NCBI RefSeq assembly: GCF_022045235.1
Contig: NW_027266265.1
Coordinates: forward strand, 15,376,001 to 15,440,000
DNA: 64,000 nucleotides
Reading direction: 5' to 3'
DNA from: Haliotis cracherodii
Taxonomy: Eukaryota
Shown: piece after piece, positions 12,743-24,900 of the stretch
Layout: each line of letters starts with the position of its first letter
Position numbering within the stretch: position 1 is the stretch's first letter
Made by a program: the position numbers and the translations under genes
Notes under the pieces: model-generated
What the model saw: the letters and a program-made list of their open reading frames with translations, nothing else
Told to the model about the DNA's origin: nothing
Databases searched by the model: none

Positions 12743-13260
12743 ATGTGAAGACTCCCCAACACTGCAGCCTTCTGCTTTACACAGATTGTCAGAAGGGCTG
12801 TATTCCTGGTAGCAAACTCGGTACTCTCCAAATGTCAGTCAACATATTGGGAGGTACCAAACAATGGGGAGTCTGACTGCATATTTGCCATGTATTTCCT
12901 GAATCTTGTCAATCAAATTAGTGTCAAAACGGACACAAAATTCAATTACATAAAAGATTTCAGTGGATTTATCAAAAAGGACAAGATCAGGTTTGTTGGC
13001 CTGGATACGTCTGAGGGTGTATACGGGCCTGTTCCAAAGAAATTTTGTATTTCTCATTTTCCATGTACATATTCTGGGTCGTACCATGGATGGACCTCTG
13101 TGTCAAAACCACAAGCATGGCGAAGACGGTAATAAAATGATCTGTCCAATCCATCTTGTCGCTTAAGATACTGTGTCTCTGCTAACGCCGGGCATCCACT
13201 CACAATGTGTTGGACAGTATCATTAAATTCATTACATAATCTACATTTCATATTTACGTT
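12743..13260 (-). mobile_element. R4/Dong-like RLE non-LTR retrotransposon fragment
   Basis: [19 protein letters not shown] (CCHC) and [16 protein letters not shown] (PD-(D/E)xK endonuclease), frameshifted; closely similar to 17834-18523. Confidence 0.85.
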
Positions 13261-14640
13261 TTGTTTTCGTGGAACTCACGGGTACGCATGAATGAGAGTG
13301 TATTTAATAATTCCTCTTGTGATTTGGTGACAGAGAAGTGGGGGAGGGAACACTGTAAGGATAAAGTGGATCATAGTAAGGTATCAGGACGACATACGAT
13401 TGCTGCTGGGTCGAATTTTGAATCACATCTGAGTAAATGTAGCGACAGTTAGTAGATAGATAAAATAAATGTTAGAACCGGCCACGTTTAAATATGTGCA
13501 ACGATAATATATAAATTATTTGAAAATGAAAAAAAAAAAAAAAATTTAAATAAAAATGTTTTCATAAACTGGCACTTGGTATAAACTGCACCTTAACAGG
13601 ATGTACGTAGTAAACAAATACTTGTATTAAGAACTCTCAACAATGCTGGGCTTATTCAATGGCATTGTGGTTGGAGTTGATAGATCACTGAGAGGACCTT
13701 GCAGCAAAATTTCACAAATTACGTCATAGGGTATTGTGACGTTTTTAAAAGTATGTGGTACTGAATCATAAACGAACATGTTGGCCCAAATATATTTATT
13801 TCAAAATAATCCAAGATCCCTCAAACTATCAAATGTACTGTCCCTTACGTTGACGTTGTTGTTGCGTTTGGTGTTACGTCTTGGAAGTCACTCCATGTAA
13901 TCAGTCAGCTAAAGTCATAGCACCATTTCTAAGCCAAATCATTTTCGAAAAACATATGGGAATTTATTCTCACCACCTAAGAACGGGTCCCTCTCTCTGC
14001 AAGTACCTTCTCCACTGGATCAAAAGCATCATGAAACCCCTTAATTGCGTCCTTTAGGGCAAAAGATATCTTGTAAAAATGGGCCTCTGTCTGAAAAAAA
14101 CCCAGTAGAATGATTGTAGAGGACACTCATTAAAATACATTCACTTCGATACGAAACCTATCTTCAGGAAGACCTGATGGAACCTCAACAGAACGTCGAG
14201 TCAGCTGACATTCTCAATCAGCCAATCAACGTCGAGGCTTCTAAATTCACGTTACGGGTGAGCGAAGGATTCAGACCAGCAGTTTTGTTTTTGTATGTTG
14301 AGTGCAGTGCTTGTTTTATTAAACTGTTAAACCAGATTGTTACCTTTGAAAACAGTTCCACAATGATCCTGTCTAGTGCTCTCCTGTACGGGTCCGAGGG
14401 GGTCAGTTTGTTGTTGGGGTACACTTCATCCAGGTAGTCAGCGCAGATCAAAGACTCATAGTTCACCTTGTCGTCTTGTTCTAAGATGGGAACATTGCCT
14501 GTGGGGTTCCTGTCCAGGAAACAAGATGGCTTCTGCCTCAAGTCAATATTCACTGTCTCGTATCTGGTGGAAAAAATAACTTTTCAAACAACATTCATCA
14601 TAAATACAATATCATTTTTTTTCTAGAAAATAGAATACAG

Positions 14641-14820
14641 CATGTTCTAATGCGCTGGAACTAATTTCGAAAGTTCAGCATAGGGGCAGAACCTCTGATG
14701 TATACCCTCTCGATGTTATATAATGCTCTAGATTTAGTCTCGCTCTCTCAGCTTAGGGGCAGATGTGTATACTGACACACTGGTTTCTTAATATTCCAGA
14801 ACGAGTCTCGGTCTCTCTCA
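14641..14820 (-). repeat. GSTO exon-2-junction repeat array of pseudogene D (about 3 degenerate units)
   Basis: catgttctaatgcgctggaactaa...cagcataggggcagaacctctgatgtatac and two further units. Confidence 0.85.
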
Positions 14821-17119
14821 CTTCACTTCACCTGTAAGTGTGGCGCCGGGGTAGCTTCGTGGTTAAAGCATTGTTTCATCAAGAAAGAGACCCGGGTTCG
14901 ATTCCCTACATGGTTACAATGTGTGAAGCCAATTTCCGATATCCATCGCCATGCTAGAATACAGATAACCGAATACCATCCGCAGGAAATTGCACAATCT
15001 ATGTTCTTTGCACGAAGTTTACTCTCACCAGTTTACTGTTGATTCCACTGATTTCTTTCACCCCATCATTAGCACTTCAATAAATCAACCAGGTAAGTAC
15101 ATAACATTCATCTTTTGGTTTAGGATTCTAATACATATGTGCACGTACTTAGCTGCATTGCAATGCAAAGGCGTCAAAACAGTCATTTGCAGTAGGCCTG
15201 TTATCAATAGGAACTTGGGGACGACGTGGAGCAGCATCAATCTCCACTTCTTTGGCATGAAGCCAATAAACTCGAACAATCAGTTCCATGAAAGCCTCGA
15301 ATTTATCAAGTATTTTTGACGAATAACGAATTCTTAAAAATGTAAAGAATACAACCCTTTGCCTATAGACTGTGTTGAGCTTAGTATGACATGATCAAAT
15401 AACTAAACAATCAGTGAGCACTTATCAGTGATAAGTTTCCCAAGCCATTCTGTTCCACATCCCAGGGGACCTAGCAGATGTCTTCCTCAGTTAACATACT
15501 GGCCTTGTATATGGTATAAAAAATTGTACACGAAGCAAACGCTTCAATGCACCAAACTATGACTATAGTGTTTGTATGAGCCCCTGTTTCGCTAGCTTTG
15601 CAACTGAGTGATGTACCATAAGATACGTAAAATCCTCCAACCAACAGGTTGATTGCAGTATGATGAGTCTTTCTCTTTCTAATTTGTAGACCCATCATCA
15701 AAGGTGTCTGAAGACATTTGATTTCTTTCATTGACACTGGGCCTAGTCTTGTCCTTACTTTGTGCAGTTCCAATGGTTCCCGAAGGAAGGGCAACACACC
15801 TTCCAAATTGATGTTACCTGGCCTTCGTCCATTCTTGTGATCATGGATGTGTCGGCATCTTTGGAATGCCGGAAACTCAGTAAATACATTCATGCTGCAT
15901 TGGTTATGGCTCAATAGTTGGAAAGACTGTGAACGTCACTTACTTTGTCATTGCATCCATTTGTCATTGCTGTACACGACAGTATTGAATCCAATGTTGT
16001 CTCTGTAATTCTGGTGAGGCTGTTAAATGGAGCAATATTTTCTCTGATACCCTTACCTTCATACAAAGGATGGAGTGATTCTCTATAAATATTAGCTTTG
16101 GCGGTAATGCGGCCGTCAAATCGGCTGTTCCAAGTCAGAGGCGATAATTGTCACCCTAACTGACCAATCAGAATCGAATAACTTCAACTTGTATTTATGT
16201 AGTGTTAATATTTTCTAGTTTCATCTACTCATATGGACAAGAAAGGTTCCCTTGTATTCCTTGTAGAGAGCCTACTGAAGAGGATTGGGAAGTCGGGATC
16301 CGAGGCAAAGTTGACTGAATGTTATCGTAGACATGCTGTCAGGCACTGGTTTTTCTGGTCCACCCTTGGACATTTGCAAGCCGCCATGACATAGCGTTTG
16401 AAGGCAATCAATCTCCAATTCACTTTAGTGTCGCAATACCTAGCAGCATCTTTACCCATAACGTAACCCTTCCTCATATGTCTGGTAACAAATGAATTAG
16501 ATGACCAATTCTTGTTTTTGATGACCAAGCTTTATTATTGGATAGAATTGAAGCACTACAAGAGTATGATTTCATATCTGATCACAAAATCCAACGATCT
16601 TACACTGGCAAATGAATGTTGCCTTCTGTAAAACCCCACATATGTACATTAGCTCGGAGCACCAGGATCGTATGCCTTTGAGATCAAATTGCAGATGTGA
16701 CTGACATCTTGGCTCCAAGATCCTCGGTGATATCATGAAAAGAATTATTGCCAAATGGACATGTAAATGTAATTAAAATAACAATCTTCAAACGTAGATC
16801 TGTCTGTTACAATGTCCTTGACCTAAGATGAATTTTCTTCTAGACCAAAAATCTCCACAAATATCAGCTTGGATCAAAGACTTCCGCAAGTCCAAAGTTT
16901 TGAAATAAACAAATTCTTGTTTTCATTCACAAAAACACATCCGATAACTTTCATTCCAAAGGTTAGCTCATTTCTAAAGTGACAATGTTTGTAGCTCATA
17001 TCTTTGTAACACATTATCCTGAACATCTTTTAGCTAAACACTCTATAAAGGCATGTGAATATGCAGGTACAATAGCTATGTTGTCATCTGCACAGTTCTG
17101 TGAAGATATATATGCAGAT

Positions 17120-18871
17120 TCAAAGGCCAACGTCATAGTCTGGTTTTCCAGCTTTGACTGTTTCTATGAAATGAATGTGTGCCGGTGTGTCCCAGCGACA
17201 TTTCTGTACAGCTGGTACCTTGCCCATATTTTCAATCCACTTGGTAAGCTTGGGGTACCGATCAGCTGTCACCCTCGCTTCCTTCACTAACTGAGCCATA
17301 GCGTCAAACCTTTCAACGTGAGGCCAAATCGTGAAGTCAATCATCTGAACAGAGCTGCCTGAAATGTAAATAGATGAGATTGAGAAGGAATAACGTTTGA
17401 AATATTTGCAGCAGATATTTAAGCGCAACCGTGAACGGCGGGTGCGGATCCCGGGGGAAAGTCAAGGGGTTAGGACTACACCTATTCAAAATTATATATG
17501 GACCCAAATGACCACCAATATCAAACTACCGTTTTATTGAAATACCTCAGTGTGTATATCTTTGTCTGATACCAAAATTTAATAAATTCAGAACATCCAG
17601 CATAATAAGTGAACATTGTATGTTTTTGTAATACCTAGGGCCATATTCTTATTCTTATTCTTATTCTTCTTCTTATTATTATTTACAGATTAAAATAAAA
17701 AAATGCAGCAAAGAGGGCTTGGGTCATCCTGGTACGGTCAGGCTGGTTAGGCTCATCATCAGCTCATGGCCCTTTCCCCCTCTACACGCAGCCCAGATAG
17801 CGAATGGGACTTCTCCCAGGAAGTGCTGCCCAGTCAAACCCACCCAGAACATTTCCGAGAACGCGAAGACTCCCCAACACTGCAGCCTTCTGCATTACCC
17901 AGATAGTCAGAAGGTTTGTATCCTCTCCCAATGCCAGTCAACAGATTGGGAGGTACCAAACCTAAGGCACCGAGAACAATTTGAAGTCGGACAACCTGGT
18001 ACTTGAGATGCAAGCGTGACTTTTCGAAAGCGAGGCCTGCATATTTGCCATATTTTTCCTGAATCTTGCCAATCAAATTAGTGCCAACAGGGACAGAAAA
18101 TTCAATGATGTAAATGACTTCATTGGATTTATCAAACAGGACAAGATCAGGTTTGTTGGCCTGGATAAGTGTGAGGCTGAAAACGGGCCTATTCCAAAGA
18201 ATCTTGTATTTATTATTTTCCATGAGGCCCTCTAAATAGTCTGTGTCGTACCATGGATGGACCTCTGTGTCAAAACTACAATCATTGCAGTGATACAATG
18301 ATCGAGCCACCCCATCATGTCGCTTAAGATACTGTGTTTGTGCCAAAGCTGGGCATCCACTGACAATGTGTTGGGCAGTCTCATTAAATTCATTGCATAA
18401 TCTACATTTTATATATACATTTTGATGCAAAATCACACATTGACGGTTTCGAGTTGGAAGTGACTGGTCCTGAGCAGCAAACATAAAGCCTTCTGTTTCA
18501 CTCTTCAGGCCAGCCGACTTCATTCAAGCGAAGGGCTCTGCAGGGTTGCTGACACTGCACATTAACTCGATGTAGTGGTCGTTCAGAAAACAGAGTCTAG
18601 GCCGATTTGATATGGCACTTCGGTTGGTTAACACTCATTTCTGTGCCGTCCAGCAGTACAAAACCATTAAAAAAATTGAGATTATGGCCCACATCTTTGG
18701 CTCGTTTTAGAAAACTGTGGAATGCCTTGTTTTCATCATGAGTCTTGACATACTTCACAAGAGGACCATCAGACAAATAAATGTGTGCAAAAGTGCACAA
18801 AACAATTCTATCACAAAGAGCCTCCACATTAATAATTCCACGCACTCCCATCATATTATTGTTGTTGTTTC

Positions 18872-18906
<35 letters not shown>

Positions 18907-21900
18907 ATATTTAGTGTAACGCTTAATAAGGTTACGGAAAGGGACGAAGTGCTGACGGCCTTAACATATGATACGAGCAGCCATGATATCACCTGACTTC
19001 AGTCTGCGGACACTTACGAGTGGTCACGATATCATTTGGCACTTTCGTCTTGTTCGGTAATCAATAATTCAACGTGATAAAAAAAAATAGCCGAAATGGC
19101 GCTAACTGAAATCGACACCACACGTCAATTCTCGAGTTTACGATTACGCATGTATGGCAAGGTGTTCAATCATTCCTTGAGTGATTTTGTGACATAAAAG
19201 TGTAGGAGGCAACCCTGAAAGTGAATGAGTGAGTGAGTTGGGTTTCACGCCGCTTTTAACAATAAAACAGTTATATCGCGGCGTGTCAGCTTAATATGGA
19301 AGGAAAGCCCGAAGTGATTCAGGTATCAGACGTTTACCACTTCGGTGAAACCCACGAGCACGGGTATGGTGCTGACAAACCTAGAAACATAATCGGGACG
19401 AACCGGGATTCGAACCCACAATCAGAGGTTTCTGGTGTGCCCAAGGGACGCAACTCTGCACAGCGAATCGCGGCGCCTGAGACGACTGGGCCACCCGTGC
19501 CCCCGAACCCTGAATGGATGACGTGGGCCATGGTAAGGAATCAGGAAGACCCAGGTATTGCTAATGGGTCGAACTTGAATCATATCATAGCATTTGTAGC
19601 TTTTAGTAATAGACAGATAGTGTTTATTTGAAATATGAATGCTTCCATAAACCGTAGCTGGCAGTATGTAGAGAATTGTATGCAGATCCGATGACCCTAG
19701 CAACTCTGCTGCTAGGCTAACGTCAGAGGGCGTTGTTTCGCCGGTGTATCTTGCAGCAAAATTTCACAAATTACATGAAGTTTTCTTAAAGTTTGAGTTA
19801 ATTAAGGAATGAACATTAACAACGTACATAAATTATTTTTTTTCAACATAATCCCAGGCATCTCAGAATATCAAATTTACTGTCCCTTACGATGAAGTTG
19901 TTGCGTTTCGTATTATTTCATCCGTTAGTTAAAGTCATAATCACCATGTTTACGCCAAATGTTTTTCTTTAAAAATAAGTAAAAATTCTTACCACCAAAG
20001 AACGGAGTCCCCCTCTCTGCGAGAGCCTTTTCCACTGGACCAAGAGCATCATGGAATCCCTTTATAGCATCCTTTGGAACATCTTTGCCATAAGCTATCT
20101 TGTAAAAAAGGGTCACTGCCTGAAATATGTAACATTTGTATGAGAGTAGGGGAGACGTGTCTTCTGACAGTAGTATAACACAGTCGTCTAAAGGGTCGCA
20201 AATGGTTGCGTCCCTTAGTCGTGCATGATCCGCTGGTAGCTGGGTCAAATCCCTACTGCATACTTATTCATGATCCTTGGTTTGTCAACGCCATACTTGT
20301 CTTCGTCGGTTTCTCCAAATTGGTAAATGTCAAGGGTCGGCATCAATTTAGGATCTAATCTCAACCTTGATATACCTGACATACTACCGGAAAACCCGCT
20401 CACTCACTGCTCTCTTTTAAGGAAAATACTATTATGTGGCCATGTGAATCCTATTTCGAACGTTAAAGAGTTTAAATAATGCATATTTCGTTTTATAGTC
20501 ACCACCACTAGTACTTATCGTTGCTTTGTACAAGAACACCACACTCGGGTCAACTAGGCTTATTCCGCTCCTTTACATTATCCCTCGAGCAGCAACAATT
20601 TTATTTAAATCTCCAAGAAGAAATTACGGTACTTACTTAGGAGGTCCAGTCAGGTGAATTGTTTAATTAGTTTTATTAATTTCGGTACCAATGAACGAAG
20701 CATTCAAACAAGCATATTTGATATCTGTATCTCGAAACGAACTAAAACGACCAGTTCCGAATGTTGATAATTAAGGTGGCACCATTATATTGTGGGTGAT
20801 ACACCCTGTCGTTTCCCTGCCAGGGCATCTACACCAAAAGAGAATGATAATATTGAAGGATCATTTGGGTTCAGTGTCAGTGTCTTTGTTGTTGTACAAT
20901 TCGAAAGATAACCGACTCGTTTTCAAAAGTGAAACTTCTGCTTTGCTCAAGTTCTCATGTTACATATATCTAGATTCGGACGTCATATTTCGTTCAGGGT
21001 TCACTTGATATTGCAGGAAATTACTGTAAACCGTCCAATGTGGAATCCTGCCAAGTACTGACTTAAGGTCAATCAAACTGAATAGATCACAGTGAAAACA
21101 CAACGTGGTATTTGACGAAGTTTGACGAATCAATTTAGTAACGCAACACAGATTGGCAACCCACGACACGGGTACGGTGATGACAAACGTAGAAACATAA
21201 CCAAGCGAATCCAGGATTCAAACCACAGATGATCGGGTTCTAAGGGACGGAACTCTGAGCAAGATTAGGCGACTGGGTCACGTGTGTTCACCATGATATA
21301 CATTGTACTTGAAATTCGTATCGTATCAAATAAAACACCATCACTTAAAACATGTAACGTACCTTTTTCAAAATTAGATTCAGAACTGACTGAAAATTCA
21401 CTATGGTTATCACTTGCATGTGCAGTGTACTACACGTACTTGTGTTATGTATTTAATAAACCAGATTAAACTCCTATCCTGTACATATGCTTGTCAACCA
21501 TACTCCGACATCACTTGCTTGATAACGGCGTTAGAACCTACATAGAAACGTCGCTCCTAATTGTAACAAAGAAGTTGTTCATCCATATATCTTATCCTTA
21601 CTTAGTACTTCTAAATGCCTCTCAAAGAAATAAACCAGATTGTTACCTTTGAAAACAGTTCCACAATGAGCCTGTCCCGTGCTCTCCTGTAAGGGTCCGA
21701 GGGAGTCAGTTTGTTGTTTGGGTACACTTCATCTATGTAGTCAGAGCAGACCAGAGACTCATAGAGCACCTTGTCGTCTTTTTCTAAGATAGGAACAGTC
21801 CCGTTAGGGTTCTTGTCCCAGAACCAAGATGGCTTCTGTTTCAAGTCAATATTCACTGTTTCGTGTCTGGTGGAAAAACAAATGACGTTTTTTGAACAAT

Positions 21901-24900
21901 ATTCATCATAAATGCAATGTCAAAATGTTTTAGAAAATGGAATTATACAACATGTTCCAATGCGATAGAACTAGCTATATACTAATGACCTATAATATCA
22001 GCATCGGGGCAGAACGGAGGGTGGATTCTTACCGTTCTTTTGAGCCAAATCTAGTCTCGTTCCCTCGGTATTGGGGCCGAACGGCTAGTGTACGCTCACT
22101 CTGTGCTCTTTGGAACAAAACTTAGCCACACTCTCTCAGCATACGGGTAGAACCTCGAGTGATTTCTCAATCTATGTTCTTATGCGCTAGAACGGATCTC
22201 GCTTTCTCATACATATGACAGGGACAGAACCTCTCGTGTACACTTTCTCTATGTTTCCTGTGCGTTAGAACAAATCCCGTCTCTAAGCATAAGATCAGAT
22301 CTTCTGGTGTATACTCACTATATTTTCTTACGCGCTAGAACTTATCTTGCTCTCTCAGCATGGGGACAGAAACTCCAGTGCACACTCACTGTCACCGTGT
22401 CGTAAAACCCAGGTCGTCACGGTCCTGTGATGTTAGTACCTTCCTACTCATCCCTGTCCAGCGGTCGGACGTATGGCAAGCCGTTTTCAAAATATTTCGG
22501 AATTACTTATATCATCACTTGTTTTTAAGACATCGGTATTCTATTAAAGATGTCCATTATGTTTTTTTAAAATATCAATAAATAATCAAAGATGAATTAA
22601 TTTCTAATGTCCAAAATACAATTACTGATGTCTTAAAATGTGACTGTGATATAAAAAAAATCATTTCGTGATATGTCTAAATTTATTTAAGATACAGTTA
22701 AAACAATTGCCATCCAACTGAACATAATCATATTCGAAATATATTCAAGATGTCTTGAAAAAGGTTATACACATTCACAACTGCATGGCACGTTGAAAGT
22801 GTTTTGTAACGTTGATGTTCACACAGTAGCGGGACTGTGTCGTACTATTGTAGATATTTCCCATGTATTTATGGTCATTTTTGCCACCTTACATTGTACA
22901 TATCTGGCTGTATATGTTTAATGGCACAACTGGGTACATAAAGTTTGGTGCTTTATTTTTATACCTATATCTCTAATACTGGTTTAGTAGTAAGTTTCCT
23001 ATTCATGTTTTCCATACTTTAGAAAACACAAGTCTGTTCATTCACGAGGTTAGATGGTGTATGCTCACTCTTTGTTCCTATGCGGTAGAACTAATCTTCT
23101 TCTCTAAGCTGAGGGATAGAACCTCAAGTGTATACTCACTCTATGTTCTTATGTCCAAGAACTAGTCTCGTTCTCTCAGCATAGGGGCAGAACCTCAAGT
23201 ATATACTCACTCTATGTTCTTATGTTCAAGAACTAGTCTCGTTCTCTCAGCATAGGGGCAGAACCTCAAGTGTATACTCACTCTATGTATTTAGTGTTCA
23301 AGAACTAGTCTCGCTCTCTCAGCATAGGGGCAGAACCTCAAGTGTATATACTCACTCTATGTTCTTAGTGGTCAAGAACTAGTCTCGTTCTCTCAGCATA
23401 GGGGCAGAACCTCAAGTGTATACTCACTCTATGTTTTTATGTTCAAGAACTAGCCTCGTTCTCTCAGCATAGGGGCAGAACCTCATGCTGTAGATCCTTA
23501 GTTTGCCCGGTGTGAGCGCCGGGAAGGCAGATGCTGAAACCAAAGTAACTTGATTTATTGATAACCATGGAAATGACATCTAGTCGTGAATCATACAAAT
23601 CAAAACGTCACCGGGGTACGATGAAACACTAGGGCAGCAAGGTGACAGCATAGAGTTGGTATTTTCGAAGGAGGCCATCCTCATGCGTGTCTATTCTCAG
23701 CGGACATCAGATTCCAACTTCCTCTTTGACCTTGACGCCTATATGGATATCTCCCAGGATCTCAAGGATAGTGAGTGAGTGAGTGAGTGAGTTTGGTTTT
23801 ACGCCGCTTTTAGCAATATTCCAGCAATATCACGGCTTCACACATTGTACCCATGTCGGGAATCGAACCCGGATCTTCGGCGTGACGAGCGAACGCTTTA
23901 ACCACTAGGCTACCCGACCGCCCCCTCAAGGATAGAGTGTGCCTACTTGAATATAGAGAGTTTGCAATTTTTTTCATACTTCCGGGGCGGTCGGGTAGCC
24001 TAGTGGTTCGCTCGTCACACCGAAGACCCGGGTTCGATTCCCGACATGGGTACAATGTGTGAAACCCATTTCTGGTGTCCCCTGCCGTGATATTGCTGGA
24101 ATATTGCTAAAAGCGGCGTAAAACCATACTCACTCACTCACTAATACTTCCGACCCTTTATTGCCAGAAAAACAAAAATATAATTGGAGAGTGCAATTAT
24201 ATCTTATTTTTTGTATCACTGACAAATGGTTTGAAAAACATATACCGTAAGTTAACCAATAAATAATAAAAGTCCTTCGTATGACAAAAAGACGATATGT
24301 GTTATTTATAGAATTCAGTGATCAGTACCCACACATATATACAGAGTAATATAGTTCAAGCCCGAACGTTGTCTTGATACCAAACACAAATATTACTCAA
24401 TGAATGAATGTCATGTTTTATGGATTTAAGGCGGCTTGAAGTGTACATTTACGTCAAGGTTTAAATGTCGATAGAACACTGAGAGAGGCATTCAACTCAC
24501 GTCACACCCAACTGGAAACAAATGGACGCAACCCTGCACGACAAACCGACCCAAGCCCATTCAAATAATTGTGAAACTATCATCCTGCAACTGATACCAG
24601 ATAACGTGAATAATGAGATGGTGAGCCGTGTCTCTAAACCCTAATTGTCCAAATAGTCCAACGATAATAACTGAGATAGTTGTTAAACTGTCTCGTGAGT
24701 CCAGGCGTGGGTGTGGCGGTTGGTTAGCCTCGTGGCTAAATCGTGCGTATGATGTCCCGGGTTTGATTCTTTGTAATAGAGCTCATTCTTGGTGTGCCCC
24801 ACTCACTCACTCACTCGCACAATCCTTCCCTTCCCCATCCTCTCCCTCCCGAGCTCACTCACTCTAAAACAGAAAAGCTCCTTCCAGTAGTCTCACTCGA

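Larger units (their letters stand above)
12139..14563 (-). pseudogene. GSTO pseudogene D (exon 3 14344-14563, exon 4 13974-14090, 5'-truncated exon 5 12139-12352)
   Basis: Exon 3 is open but has W->C in KPSWF. Exon 4 is 117 nt (127 in A/B) with a 1-nt deletion giving an in-frame TAG. Exon 5 lacks its acceptor and first ~25 nt. Exons 1-2 are absent. Confidence 0.9.

Noticed and set aside
23057-23427. Repeats as in-frame extra or mutually exclusive active-site exons
   Set aside because: The unit is mostly 71 nt (not 3n), read-through hits GAG TGA at once, and units lack a polypyrimidine tract and room for an intron between them.
23057-23485. CRISPR-like regular repeat array
   Set aside because: Units are contiguous with no unique spacers, there are no cas genes, the context is eukaryotic, and the unit derives from GSTO exon 2.
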